Counted from the stretch's first letter, positions 37,478 through 49,990 are shown. The stretch: 64,000 nt of DNA from Heteronotia binoei (GCF_032191835.1 NC_083228.1:115506001-115570000), one strand, 5' to 3'. Notes: a model not told the origin generated them from the letters alone. A program made the numbers and translations.

Positions 37478-37841
37478 CAGGGGTGGCCAAACTTACTTAA
37501 CATAAGAGCCACATAGAATAAATGTCAGATGTGTGAGAGCCACCAGANNNNNNNNNNNNNNNNNNNNNNNNNNNNNNNNNNNNNNNNNNNNNNNNNNNNN
37601 NNNNNNNNNNNNNNNNNNNNNNNNNNNNNNNNNNNNNNNNNNNNNNNNNNNNNNNNNNNNNNNNNNNNNNNNNNNNNNNNNNGCAGGGAGGGAGAGGTGG
37701 AAATAAAGCAACTTGAACTTTAAATGCATTCTCCAAGCCTCTGGATGGCTTGGCTTGAAGAAGTGGTTTAAAGAGACATATGCCTTCTATGGTGGGGGTT
37801 TCAAGAGCCAAACGATGCATGTGAAAGTTTGGCCATCCCTG
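37478..37841. mobile_element. hAT MITE spanning the assembly gap
   Basis: TIR CAGGGGTGGCCAAACT/AGTTTGGCCATCCCTG; 8-bp flanks CGCTAGGG and CACTAGAG (6/8). Confidence 0.8.
37548..37682. other. Assembly gap (135 N)
   Basis: Run of n. Confidence 1.
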
Positions 37842-38249
37842 CACTAGAGAGATGGGCATAAGGCAGCTTCATGTTTTCATGTGGCCAAGACCTGGTTGTG
37901 TTTCATTTTTCAAAACTGTTGTGGCACAGTCCAAGCTGAAGGGAAGAAGAGAGCATGGATGTGTGGGGATGGGGGGGGGGGGGGGTAGAAGAGAGATCAG
38001 GACCTTGAATCAAGTACATTTTTTTTCAGGGATGTTGGTTTATTGCAGGAAATGTTGGATCCCACTAATCTGGCAGAAACAGCGTCCGGGATCGCCTCTG
38101 GTTTAGGAGTGGAAAGGGAGGAACTGCAGGCTTCCTTGCTTTCAAATACGATGCTTCTGATAGCAGTATCTGAGCAGAGCTCTTTCAAGCTACAGGGACC
38201 ATAAGGCAAATTGTTGATAAGCTGTTTTTGAACTGTTGCACTGCTGTTC

Positions 38250-38530
38250 TGGTTTTCCAGAGCATCCCTGACAACTGTTTGTCCAGCCACTGCTTAAAGA
38301 GTGCCAGTGAGGGGGTCGACTGCACTGTTGAACAACTCTTAGTGTTAAAGTTTTTCCTATGCCAGTCCTCTCCTCTGCTGCCAGCAGGAACAGTTCCCTG
38401 CCCTCCTCTAAGTGGCAGCCCTTCTAATACTTCAAAACAGCAATCATGTCTCTTCCCCTCAACCTCCTCTTCTCCAAACTGAATATCCCCAAGTCCCTTA
38501 GCCTTTCCTCAGTGGGCTTGCTCTCCATGG
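38250..38530 (-). mobile_element. Old CR1 LINE 3' fragment
   Basis: AGCATCCCTGACA..TGTCCAGCC.CTGCTTAAAGA and CCTCTTCTCCAAACTGAA motifs of reversed CR1 ORF2. Confidence 0.65.
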
Positions 38531-38601
38531 TTACATCTACAGTGAGCACTGTGGCACCTACTCTGTACACATGCACAGGATTGCAGTTTTAGTTTAAAGA
38601 A

Positions 38602-38817
38602 AGAAGGAGATATTGGATTTATATTCCACCCTTCACTCTGAATCTCAGGGTCTCAGAGCAGCTCACAATCTCCCTTATCTTCCTCCCCCACAACACCCTG
38701 TGAGGTAGGCGGGGCTGAGAGAAGCTCTCCCAGAAGCTGAAAGAGGAGGAGTGGGGAATCAAACCTGGTTCTCCCAGATAAGAGTCCATGCACTTAACCT
38801 CTACACCAAACTGACCC
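38602..38817 (-). mobile_element. Squam3-like SINE (internal deletion)
   Basis: Matches the 53165 copy. Confidence 0.8.
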
Positions 38818-39599
38818 TCCTTTCTCACATCAGACTTTCTAGTTAATACAATTCAGACTATCCCTGAAGTTTCCAAGGGTAGCCATGCTGGTCAATAGAA
38901 GAACAACTAGATTCAAGCCCAGGAGCACCTTAGAGACCAACAAGATGTGGGGGAGGGGGCACAAGCTTTCCAGCATTAGATAAAAGGAGCTCCCTCGATT
39001 AGATAAAAGGAGCTTTGACTCTCAAAAATCTTGTTCTCTAAGGTGCTGCTGGACTCAGATTTAGCCATATAAATCAGTGGACTCCTTTCATCAACTTAAT
39101 TTATTAACTAACATCATGTATTCCCTGCCTTCTTCCCCCAAAAGGACACTGAAGTGGTTTAACACACTCTCCCCTTCTCTTTTATCCTCACAATGAACCT
39201 ATAAGGCGGGTTAACTCAGAGTATATTACTGGTCCAAGGTTTCCCAGCAAGCTACCAAGACAGAGTGGACTCCAGAGGCAATCTGTGAAGCTCTGGTGAA
39301 CTCTATGCCCAAGAGGTTTAAGGCAGTGCTGAAAAATAATGGTGGCCATACAAAATACTTTGGGTCCCATTTGGACATTATCACTTAGGGGTGTACTCAC
39401 TTTTGTTGCCAGCAGTTTAGACATTAATGGCTGTGTGTTATATAATTTTGAGGGGACAGCACATTTATACTATTATACAAGCTGTAGACTCACTACTTTA
39501 CGTTGTAGCCAAGTGTCATTTCTTCAGTGTTGTCACATGAAAAGATATACTTAAATATTTACAAAATGTGAGGGGGTGTACTCACTTCTGTGACATACA

Positions 39600-40700
39600 T
39601 TCTTTTTGTTTTATTTCTTATTTGTAATAGCAGACTGTAATGTAATGTAATTTGGAATGGTAGATTGGAATGTATTACTGGGGACTGGGGACAGAGGAGA
39701 TACACTACACAGCCGGTCACCCCAACTCAAAGAAGAGGATACTATAAGGTCACCTCCATGCTTGGGAGGAGATGGATAGAGCATAATGGAAGTTAATTAC
39801 TCTCAGCATTCCTCTATTAGGAAGAGTACATCTGCCGATTAATCTCCAATTTTGACATATACTGTATTTTTCGGACCGTTAGACGCACCGGTCCATAAGA
39901 CGCACCTTCGTCTACGTGCGAAAACAGAGGTATTAGCCATCTTCCACTGCCTGCGCCTCCCAGCACAGCCGTCGGGGATGCGGGCGCCATTGCAGCCTTT
40001 GGTCCTCCTCGGCCGGGGGCCGCACAGCTGGAGCCAGGCACGCAGGTGCGGAGGAAGCGTGCCACCCCTCCGCTGCTCAAGGGCCACGTGTCCCGCCGGC
40101 GCTTGCGAAGCGCTGGGTTTGCGGTGGGGGCGGAGGGAGCAATCCCAGCGCTTGTCTCCCGGGGGTGTCAGAGCCACACAGCCAGAGCCAGGCACGCAGG
40201 CGCGGGGGAAGCGCGCTGCCCCCTCCACCACTGCTAAAGGGCCACGTGTCCCGCCGGCACCCGTGAAGCGCTGGGTTTATGGTGGGGGCGGAGGGAGCGA
40301 ACCCGGCGCTTGTCTCCCGGGGGCTGCAGGCCCCCTCCCCCCCGCCTCGTCTCCTTTTTTTCAGTATTCGCTCCTTAAGACACACGCACTTCTCCCCCCC
40401 ACTTTTTTTTGGGGGGGGGGGAGTGCATCTTATTGTCCGAAAAATACGGTATTTATTTCCTTCGCTATGTTTCCCCCCAGAATTAAACCCAAACAAATTG
40501 TAACCATATAAACTATGCTTGTTACTCCTGTTTGGTCCTTGAATCTGTTAAACATTTTCATTATATGATATACTAATTTGCTGCTCACCCGCTGTCTATA
40601 TGTATAATGTATTTCAATGTATTTTGAGGAAGTGTGCTTGCACACAAAAACTTATACTGTGAATAAAACTTTGTTGGTCTTAAAGGTGATGCTGGACCCA
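39600..40700 (+). mobile_element. PLE family A 3' region/pLTR, split by a MITE; hammerhead degenerate
   Basis: Aligns to the reverse complement of 5262-5745. The core is mutated to UUGAGGA...AAAA. Confidence 0.8.
39862..40449. mobile_element. pogo/Tigger-like MITE with GC-rich internal ~155-bp tandem duplication
   Basis: TIR C(T/C)GTATTTTTCGGAC...GA(C/T)GCAC at both ends with TA on each side. The paralogous empty site is at ~5510-5530. Confidence 0.9.
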
Positions 40701-42281
40701 AAAACAGAAAAGAGTTTGCCTCTTGGTGGAAGTGAATAATAGAAGGTGTCAGATGAATCTCCCTGTGAAGAGAGTTCTATAGTTCTGATACCACAGCTGA
40801 GAAGGCCCTTTCTAGGGTGGCCACCCATCTAGCCACAGATGGCAGGGGCACATGAAGCAGGCAGCCCTTACGATATGGAAGTCATATAGGGCTTCAAGGA
40901 TCAACTTGTTCTCACACTTGGCAAGCATTAACTCAAACTGCAGAGCTGATTTTCACTCGTACTACTAGCTTTATCATAGTAGACAAGTCAGTAGGCATGG
41001 ACACAAGTCCCTCCTCCTAAGGAATTTCATGTCCCTTTTTGTTGTTGACGTTTGAGTTGCAATGCTCCAAAAAGCTTTCAGGAGCACTTAAACAGTCACT
41101 TTATGCTCATGTAAACAGCAATGTCAGTACTCGCCACGCCACTTTTGACTGAAATCTGAAGAACAGTGGAGTGGCACAATGGGTGTGTGTGTGCTGATGT
41201 ATATCTGTGTCGATATACATCAAAGTTCTGAAATATTGAGCTGCATCCAAGCAGACCAAGAAGGGCAAAGAGAAACAGAACTAAGCAAATAGAAAAATGG
41301 TGAATAGCAGCAGATCAAAAAAACCCAGTAAAACCTGAAAGTTCTTACAGGATAAGAGTTATCACATAACCTGCTTTCTTATATGTGGCTTTGCTTAGAT
41401 ACTACAGGCGGAACATCGTGCATGCACAAGACTAAACACAAGAATCTTCTGAAGTAGCAGCAGCACTCCAGACAGTAGAAACGTTAGTTCTAATCTTACA
41501 GTATAATTTTGCCAGAGTAGTCTCCTGCAGCAAAGAATGACCTTTTGAGGGCATAAGGGCTGACCAAACACTGTCAGGCAAAGAGCAATGGTGGTACAGA
41601 AGGTGAATCTCCATCAGACACCCCCAAAATTCTGGGGTCTAGTACTGGCATAACATAAAGAACGATTACGCTAAAGCACAATCATCCCCAACCATCTCTC
41701 TTTGGCTTCTGGATAACCTCTGTGTATCTCATGGCACAACATGAAGCTTTTTTCCCATAGAAACATTTTCTGGTAATCTTTCACTGCTCTTACCACCAGT
41801 AGAGAAGCTATAAACCAGAACAGTGATGGTGGGAGCCTCCTCTAAAAATCATGATCTAACAGCAGCCAACAAAGTTTTTAGATTAGGAGAAATTCTGTGG
41901 AACTTGCTGTTGCCTCCAAAAGCGACCGGAAAAGATAAGGAATAAGAGACTGTAATAGTTTTGCTAGCCTTCCTCATGATTGCAAGAGCTGCCTTTGACA
42001 TTTTTTACAGATTTGGCCTAGGCAAACTGTGGCTATGCCCAGGTTTGATTAAATGAATTAAATTACTTCATCAAAAATATATCAACTGAAGCAGAACATA
42101 TAATCCTTTTGATGAAATGTGGTTTTAATGCACTAGCTTTATCTAAGAAAACATGCTTCCTTTCACACACAGTTAAAACAGTACAAATTCTACAGGATTT
42201 TACTGATTCAAAGTGAAAATATTTGCATGCATCTTATCTGCATTCCCACATCATCTGTGTTGCTTAAATCATGAATATAAG

Positions 42282-42345
42282 GAGGAGGAGGTTTTCTCAG
42301 AGTGGCTTACAATCTCCTTCCCTGCCTCTTCCCACAATAAACACC

Positions 42346-42425
<80 letters not shown>

Positions 42426-43597
42426 TTTTTATTTCTATCCCGCCCTCCCCGCCAAGGCAGGCTCAGGGCGGCTCACAACATAAAATACATTATACATCAG
42501 TTATACTTATAAAATCATGGTTAAAACAATTACAGATTATTAAAATTAACATTAACAATATGGTGCTATAAACATTAGGTCTTCAGTAGAATTCAGTAAC
42601 TAAAAGCATTTTCAGCGGCACTTCCTAGCTTGTCATTAGTTGAAGGCTATCTTGAAAAGGTGGGACTTACAGGCCCTACGGAATTGATCTAAGCATCGTA
42701 GGGCCCGCACCTCCTCTGGGAGTTGATTCCACAGCAGTGGGGCTGCGACAGAGAAGGCCCGATCCCGGGTGGCCTTCAATCTGGCTTCCCTTGGCCCAGG
42801 GACATTCAGCTGGTTTTTTCCAGCTGACCTCAGCGCTCTCTGGGGCTCATATGGGGAGAGACGGTCCCTCAGGTAGGCAGGTCCTCGGCCATATAGGGCT
42901 TTAAAGGTGATAACCAGCACTTTGTAGCGAACTCGATATACCACTGGCAGCCAGTGCAGTCCGCGTAGCCTCGGCTGTATGTGCTCCCACCTTGGGAGCC
43001 CCAGCAACAGCCTAGCCGCCGCGTTCTGCACCAGCTGCAGTCGCCGAGTTCGGCACAAGGGCAGCCCCATGTAGAGGGTGTTGCAGTAGTCCAGTCTCGA
43101 GGTGACCGTAGCATGGATCACCATTGCTAGGTCACGGCGCTCCAGGAAGGGGGCCAACTGCTTCGCCCGTCGAAGATGAAAGAACGCGGACTTGGCAGCG
43201 GCTGCTATCTGTGCCTCCATTGATAATGAAGGCTCCAGAAGAACCCCCAAGCTCCTGACCTTATGGGCTGCTTTCAGCAGCACACTGTCAAAGACCGGCA
43301 AGGGGATTTCCCTTCCCAGGGCACCGCAACCCAAGCAAAGGACCTCTGTCTTCGTTGGATTCAACTTCAGCCTGCTCAGTCTGAGCCAACCTGCCACGGC
43401 TTGCAGTGCTAGGTCCAGGTTTTCTGGGACCTGTGAGGTAGGTGGGGCTGAAAGAGCTGCTCTTGAGAGAACAGCTCTGAGGGCATTGTAACTGACCCAA
43501 GTTCACCCAGCAGCTGCATATGGAAGAGTGGGGAATCAACCCTGGTTCTCCACATTAGAGTCCACCACTTTTACCCATTACATTAAACTGGCTCTCA
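42282..43597 (-). mobile_element. Squam3-like SINE split by L2 (pieces 42282-42348 and 43432-43597)
   Basis: ...CCACAATAAACACC | CTGTGAGGTAGG... rejoin into the SINE consensus. Confidence 0.75.
42349..43431 (-). mobile_element. 5'-truncated L2 LINE with an open 253-aa ORF2 C-terminus and (ATT)n tail
   Basis: LKLNPTKTE, SRLDYCN, LQLVQNAAAR, LHWLP and DRAFSVAAP..WN motifs; (AAT)n at ~42349-42425. Confidence 0.92.
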
Positions 43598-43667
43598 AAC
43601 TACTGCTGTAGTTATATAACAACAGCGTGCTGCTTGAAGATATCACAACTATCCTAACCAATAAAGC

Positions 43668-43934
43668 AAGAAAACGACTGCAGATTTATACCTTCTCTCT
43701 GAATCAGAGGCTCAGAGCGGCTTACAATCTCCTATATCTTCTCACCCCACAACAGACACCCTGTGAGGTAGGTGGGGCTGAGAGGGCTCTCACAGCACCT
43801 GCCCTTTCAAGGACAACTCCTGCGATAGCTATGGCTAACTCAAGGCCATTCCAGCAGCTTCAAGTGGAGGAGTAGGGAATCAACCCGGTTCTCTCAGATA
43901 AGAGTCTGCACACTTAGCCACTACACCAGACTGG
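43668..43934 (-). mobile_element. Squam3-like SINE
   Basis: Matches the 53165 copy. Confidence 0.8.
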
Positions 43935-45074
43935 CAAGAAGCTAAGAAGAATCATTAATTAACATTACAGGTTCTTGTGCTTTACTACTGTGAAATTTTC
44001 AATTGATTTCATGTGAACTTTTTATAACTACCACACATATTTCCCAGTGGCAAATATTTTCTGGATTAGGTCTCAATAGGCAAGTAAATTAAAATGTGGG
44101 TTTAGTTTAATTTTAAATGTTATAGTGGGGTTTTTTTTGTCCTTCCTGCTTCCCCCACCCTCTTGTCCTCTGGATGCCCTGGCCTGATCCTCCCTTCCTC
44201 TGTGCTTCCATTTCACTATCTAGACTGTTCACTATGGGACAGTGCAAATGGACATGGAATAAGAGGAGCCAGCACCATTAGGATACTCAAGGACCAATTT
44301 TACTTTATCAGCAAGATAAGGAACTGCAGCAGTCAAACGCAGAACTCATCACATACTTAAAACAGTGAGGACCAGGGATGAGATGGAGACATGTCAGACC
44401 CACTCTGTCTGCACATCCCTGTATTCTGGGCAAGGCCGGTCTGACTCCAAGCCCTGAGAAATCAAACTGCATACCACTCAGGCTTCCCATTACCAAACAT
44501 TTACTGATCCTAAAGCGAAGCCTGCTCCTTCTTCCAAGCCAAGTGATCTAGGCCAGGTCACCAATGCCATGCAATAACCAGGACTGGTGCTAGCCACCCT
44601 ATGGATGGAAAATAGTGCAGCAACTGTGACCACTAATGACGACACATGTGGGTGACTCCAGTCCAGCCTCTTGGGTCAAAGGAGGTGTGTCAAAGAGGAA
44701 GGGGGTGGCGCAATGTTGCCTTATACAGCCTTCTTTTATGCCACCCCCACATTGTGAATGCACTCACTTGGGTATGCTTATGTCTACTGGTGCCCTTCTG
44801 TGGGCCACCCAAAACCCTCTTGCCGTCTTCATTTTCAGGGGAGGGAATTGAGTGGCATTGTGTTTGTCACAGTTAACCTTAATAACAACTATATTTTATT
44901 TTGAATTGCTTTGGTTTACATTCAAAGTTTGGTTAAATTAGTTCAAAATTCTATCTTAAAACTGTGCCCCAAAGCCTTTCCTCTCTTCTTTACTTCACAC
45001 CCGTTTACTGATATGTGAATACTGAATTCCCAGTATTCTTTCCTTAATTTCATGTGAAGGCTCACTATATATGT

Positions 45075-45354
45075 CAGGGGTAGCCAAATTGCAGCTCAGG
45101 AGCCACATGTGGCTCTTTCGCACATATTGTGGCTCTCAAAGCTCTCCTTTTGGCTGGTTTGGAGAATGCAGTTAAAGTTGCTTTCCTTCCTCCTGTCCCT
45201 CCCCCTTCATCTATCTGCCTTTCTCCCTCCTTTCCGTCCTTCCTTCCTTCCTGTCTTGTTGCTCTCAAACATCCGACGTTCTTGTCTTTCAGCTCTCAAA
45301 CATCTGACGTTTATTCTATGTGGCTCTTATGTTTAGCAAGTTTGGCAACCTTTG
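45075..45354. mobile_element. hAT MITE
   Basis: CAGGGGTAGCCAAA...TTTGGCAACCTTTG ends; 8-bp flanks ATATATGT and ATATATAT. Confidence 0.8.
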
Positions 45355-45559
45355 ATATATATATTAATCTGTGCTGGAAATAAACACCTTAGGTGAGAAA
45401 CAGTCATCACTTAGGCCCATCAAGTCATCTAGTTCGGAGATACCCCTTGTGGTTAACTGTCATTCTTTTATTGGTTAAATTTTTTTTTACCAGCTAATAA
45501 AAATTTAAGTTTTCATTCCACAAGTACATTGTGAAATTCACTATCAATGGCTACTATAA

Positions 45560-45805
45560 CAGAAAGTTTTAAAATGGGATTAGACAAATTGATTGAAGAG
45601 ATCTCCATCTATGACTCTGGGGAACATACACATTCAAAGGAGGCGAATACTAGTGTTAGGAGGCATCATTAGGAGAAGGATTTTGGTTTCCATGCTTGTT
45701 TGTTTGCTCTCCAAGGTAAGCAGTCAGTTGGCCCCCATGTGAAACAGGATGCTGGACTAGAAAGACCATTGATCTGATTTAGCAAGGCTCTTACATTCTT
45801 ATGGA
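45560..45805 (+). mobile_element. Old CR1 3' tail
   Basis: GGATTAGACAAATT...GGATGCTGGACTAGA.GACCATTG.TCTGA..AGCAAGGCT..TTCTTATG. Confidence 0.6.
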
Positions 45806-46340
45806 GCGGGGGGAGCTCTTTCTACAATGGATTTTCCCAACTATGGATCATGTGAAAAGGAGAAGACATGCAATTCATTCCTGAGTTCACCTAAACTTCC
45901 CAGAGCAGTAATACAGGGGGGAAAAAGCTCCCAGAAGGGTCAGATGAAAAGGATGTCTTACTACACAAATGACCACTCAAACACATTACAAGTAAGAACA
46001 AGTTTGTTTTTATCTTCATGCATTCTCTGCAGTCTCACATGGGTGGTTAAGCATGCTAACTTGCCAGTAAGCAGGTGAGTGTGACTCTTAATTGAATAGG
46101 TTTTATAATATGGCTCTCCCAATATTTGCTTCCTTTCTAGCACTGACATCTAAGCAGTAATGGCTAATGAATTTGGAAGAAGATGACATGACCATTTTTA
46201 CAGGAGAAAAATACTGGTAAAACAATGTCATGTAACGGGGGAAGGAAGAAGCTATCTTGGGTAGAAATTCAAAACTAGGACATGACCACCTTCTCTCTGT
46301 GAAATGGAGAGTCACATTTCAGTGCTTTAATTTACTAACC

Positions 46341-47007
46341 CAGGGGTGGCCAAACTGCAGCTCCCAGAGGTGGGGGAGGAACTTAATGCAAGTTTACTCT
46401 CAAGTAAGCATGCTTAACATCAGGACCCTCTGTCAGCTTCACAGTGTTGACCCATAGGTAGGTGACTATTTCTGCCATGTTTGAAGCAGGGAATGAAGGG
46501 GAAATAGGCTTGCAAGCTCTTCCTCATCACAGAAGTCACCTAGTGAATGGGGAAAGAGAGCGCAAGAGTCAAGGGAGCCACTTGGAGGGATGGAATTAAA
46601 CAGGGCAGCACAGGGTTCCCCCATAGTTTCACAGCTCTTGTAGGAGCAGTATTTACTAACCTTGCTGTCAAGGCAGAGAGAGATGCATAATGATGCAAAC
46701 GGTGGTCATTGATTTATATGGTTCATGTGTGTTTTCTTCTCCCCTGATGCCAAAAAATAATTCCCTAACCTTTCTCTGTGCTGGTTTTATGGGGACTATT
46801 ATTCCCAGTGTTTCTTTTTTTTTAAAGTCTCCTTCTAGCATGATCATGCTGTGACGTATTTGCGCAGTATTTTATCTTCCTGTGCAAAGAAAGTATTAAA
46901 AGTTTTAATAAAGATGTATGTGAAATATTTGTTTATGTCTTGTGGTTCTCAAACATCTGACATTTATTCTATGTGAATCTTACATTAAGCAACTTTGGCC
47001 ACCCCAG
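46341..47007. mobile_element. hAT MITE with perfect 8-bp TSD
   Basis: TIR CAGGGGTGGCCAAA/TTTGGCCACCCCAG; TACTAACC at 46333-46340 and 47008-47015. Confidence 0.88.
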
Positions 47008-47263
47008 TACTAACCCCTGAGGCAGAAGTGATGGCCAACAAAAAAAAGCTATCTTAAAAGATAAAAACTATACAGGACAAGTAGTCAGGGGTTGAAAAGG
47101 CTTAAATGTTAACTTAGAATGCACCAGGGATAAATGCCATTATAGTTATAGGTGGTTAGACTCCATGCATATTAAATAAAACTTTATGGAAAGTTTTTTA
47201 TTTTTCTCTGAGAAAACTGAATTCCCAGGTATGGACACATGAAAATAAGAGATTGCTGCTAAG

Positions 47264-47567
47264 TAAAAAGGTAAAGGTAAAAGTAGTCCCCTGTGCAAGC
47301 ACCAGTCGTTTCCGACTCTGGGGTGATGTCACATCACAACGTTTTCACGGCAGACTTTTTACAGGGTTTGCCATTGCCTTCCCCAGGCATCTACACTTTC
47401 CCCCTAGCAAGCTGGGCACTCATTTTACCAACCTCGGAAGGATAGAAGGCTGAGTTAACCTTGAGCCGACTACCTGAACTCAGCTTCTGCCAGAATCAAA
47501 CTCAGGTCGTGAGCAGAGAAATTGGATTGCAGTACTGCAGTTTTACCACTCTGCACCATGGGGCTCT
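47264..47567 (-). mobile_element. Full-length Sauria SINE
   Basis: tRNA-like head with A/B boxes at the right end, (ACCTTT)n tail at the left, and 11-bp TSD TTGCTGCTAAG. Confidence 0.9.
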
Positions 47568-48593
47568 TTGCTGCTAAGCAGACTATAGCTAAGAAGGCTA
47601 AAGGTGATTGTTAGTGCTATTTTGCCTCTGCTTTGGGAGCACTTTTCAATAACGTCTGCTGGGTCATTTAAGAACAAAAAGGTACCTTATTTTCATTTTG
47701 AAAGACAAGGAGTTCTCTAGAAAGTGCACTCTCTGTGATGGCAAAGAAGAATTAATGGACAAAGTCACCTCTTCTACTCATGTGACCTGTAGGAGAGGAA
47801 AACTACTGGAGGGGAGGAGGGAGCTCCTACTTTTCCAATACTCTCTGGAATTTTTTTTGTAGTTGGTCTGCACAGGCTTATTTCCCACATCGGACTACAA
47901 AGATGAACAAAGTACTATTTGTATGTAAGCTCCGAACTCTCTCTGGGGATGCATCAGGCACCAGGCTGTGCATAAATGGTTCTACCTATGTTTATGGTGA
48001 TAGCTTTTTAAAAAAGGTTTTGAACCCTTGGGGTGGGTGCAAGTAAAACAACTCATCTATGAGGACAAGACTTCGTTGCTGTTAAGCACTCTGCATGTCC
48101 CCAATATCTAATACTGGAGCTTTTTATCTTATTAATATACCATCTGGAGTCATAAGTAGCAACAAAGTCAAGTTTCCAAGCATCAAATTATTCAAGAAAA
48201 CTATGAGAAGCTCCAAATGGATTTACCTAGTTGAGTTAACTGGCAACAACATGACAAAATGAAATTTAAAGTATGTAAAATTATTTCTTATTTATTTAGG
48301 ATATTTATGTTTCTGTGAGAAAAATGAGTTCCCACTACAGCGCTCTTATCTAATGACACTTTAGCCTCTTCCTACTCGCCAATATGAATGTGGAATTGTA
48401 TTGCTAGCTACTAAATTGATTGTGATTAAATTGTTGTTAGTTGATTAATTGGATGATTAGTTAATTGTTTGGCTTCTGATGAACTTTATATTTTATGGCA
48501 AATTAATTGAAGAAGGGTATTGATTGGGAGGGTTTTATCTATTAAGGAGCTATTGAATAAATCAAGAAACTTATTAGCTAATCAATTAGAGGG

Positions 48594-49701
48594 GAAGAAG
48601 ATGATATTGGATTTATATCCCACCCTCTACTCCGAAGAGTCTCAGAGCGGCTCACAATCTCCTTTACCTTCCTCCCCCACAACAGACACCCTGTGAGGTG
48701 GGTGGGGCTGGAGTAGGGTTGCCAAGTCCAATTCAAGAAATATCTGGGGACTTTGGGGGTGGAGCCAGGAGACTTTGGGGGTGGAGCCAGGAGACACTGG
48801 GGGAGGAGCCAGGAACAAGGGTGTGACAAGCATAATTGAACTCCAAGAGAGTTCTGGCCATCACATTTAAAGGGACAGCACACCTTTTTAAATGTCTTCC
48901 TTCCATAGGAAATAATGAAGGATAGGGGCACCTTCTTTTGGGGCTCATAGAATTGGATCCCCTGGTCCAATCATTTTGAAACTTGGGGGGTACTTTGGGA
49001 AGAGGCACTAGATACTATATTGAAAATTTGGTGCCTCTACCTCAAAAAACAGCTCCCTCAGAGCCCCTGAAACCTCCAGAACAATTCCCCATTATACGCT
49101 ATGAGAATCGATCACATAATGAGGACGTTTCCCTCTCCCCCCCCCCCTTCTGGCCAGACTGAAGCAGCGGATCAGCCTCTCAACTCACCATTTGCTGCCA
49201 GCTTCTTCACAGAAACACACACAGACACACCATCCTAAATGGAAGCCTTTCGAGTCAAGCCTCTGGAGGTGCAAAGGCACATGGTCCTTTGCAGGCGGGG
49301 CTCCCTCTCTCCCCCCCTCCCCCGCCAGCCAGCTGATTGGGACCGGAAGCAGCCTGGGAAAACTGAAGAAAGGCTGCTGCGATCGGGGCTGGGTGGGAAG
49401 GGCAGGGCAAGGAAAAGCTGCTGAGATCGGGGCTGGGTGGGAAGGGCCGCCATTCCCCCCCCCCGCTTTCCAGAGTTTTGGCTAGCGGGAGAAGAAAGCT
49501 TCAAATCGGGGGTCACCAGGCAAAGCGGGGGATTTGGGAAGCCTAGGCTGGAGAGGGCTCTTACAGCAGCTGCCCTTTCAAGGACAACCTCTGCCAGAGC
49601 TATGGCTGACCCAAGGCCATTCCAGCAGCTGCAAGTGGAGGAGTGGGGAATCAAACCTGGTTCTCCCAGATAAGAGTCCGCATACTTAACCACTACACCA
49701 A
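48594..49701 (-). mobile_element. Squam3-like SINE split by a hAT MITE
   Basis: Pieces 48594-48713 and 49546-49701 rejoin at GGCTGGAG. Confidence 0.85.
48714..49545. mobile_element. hAT MITE (832 bp) with 8-bp TSD
   Basis: TAGGGTTGCCAA...TTGGGAAGCCTA termini; TSD GGCTGGAG at 48706-48713 and 49546-49553. Confidence 0.88.
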
Positions 49702-49703
49702 AG

Positions 49704-49990
49704 TAGAGAGCCAGTTTGGTGTAGTGGTTAAGTGTGTGGGCTCTTATCTGGGAGAACCAGGTTTGATTCCCCACTCCTCCACTTGCACCTGCTAGCATGG
49801 TCTTGGGTCAGCCATAGCTCTGGCAGAGGTTGTCCTTGAAAGGGCAGCTGCTGTGAGAGCTCTCTCCAGCTCCACCCACCTCACAGGGTGTCTGTTGTGG
49901 GGGAGGAAGGTAAAGGAGATTGTGAGCCACTCTGAGACTCTTCGGAGTGGAGGGTGGGATATAAATCCAATATCATCATCTTCTTCTTCA
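49704..49990 (+). mobile_element. Squam3-like SINE, head-to-head with the previous copy
   Basis: GAGAGCCAGTTTGGTGTAGTGGTTAAG head (A box), GGTTTGATTCCC (B box) and (TTC)n tail. Confidence 0.88.

Larger units (their letters stand above)
36672..39598 (+). mobile_element. Tc1-family transposon with ~240-bp IR/DR-type TIRs and a deleted or replaced transposase middle
   Basis: TIRs at 36672-36913 and 39358-39598 differ by about 9 substitutions by eye; each has two AAGTGAGTACACCCC-type repeats. 5' TA present. Transposase N-terminus MAPHGNELSEDLKKQIVALHKDGLG (37028-37101) and C-terminus LVNSMPKRFKAVLKNNGGHTKY (~39290-39358). Confidence 0.92.

Noticed and set aside
37493-37859. ORFs spanning X runs
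   Set aside because: Artefacts of the N gap.
36718-39554. Near-identical peptides on opposite strands (36718..36948 minus, 39339..39554 plus)
   Set aside because: They are chance ORFs in the Tc1 inverted repeats.
42213-42512. Poly-Asn and poly-Ile ORFs
   Set aside because: They are translations of the (AAT)n L2 tail.
42349-43597. SINE-L2 template-switch chimera
   Set aside because: The missing SINE part is present on the far side of the L2 (42282-42348), so this is a nested insertion.
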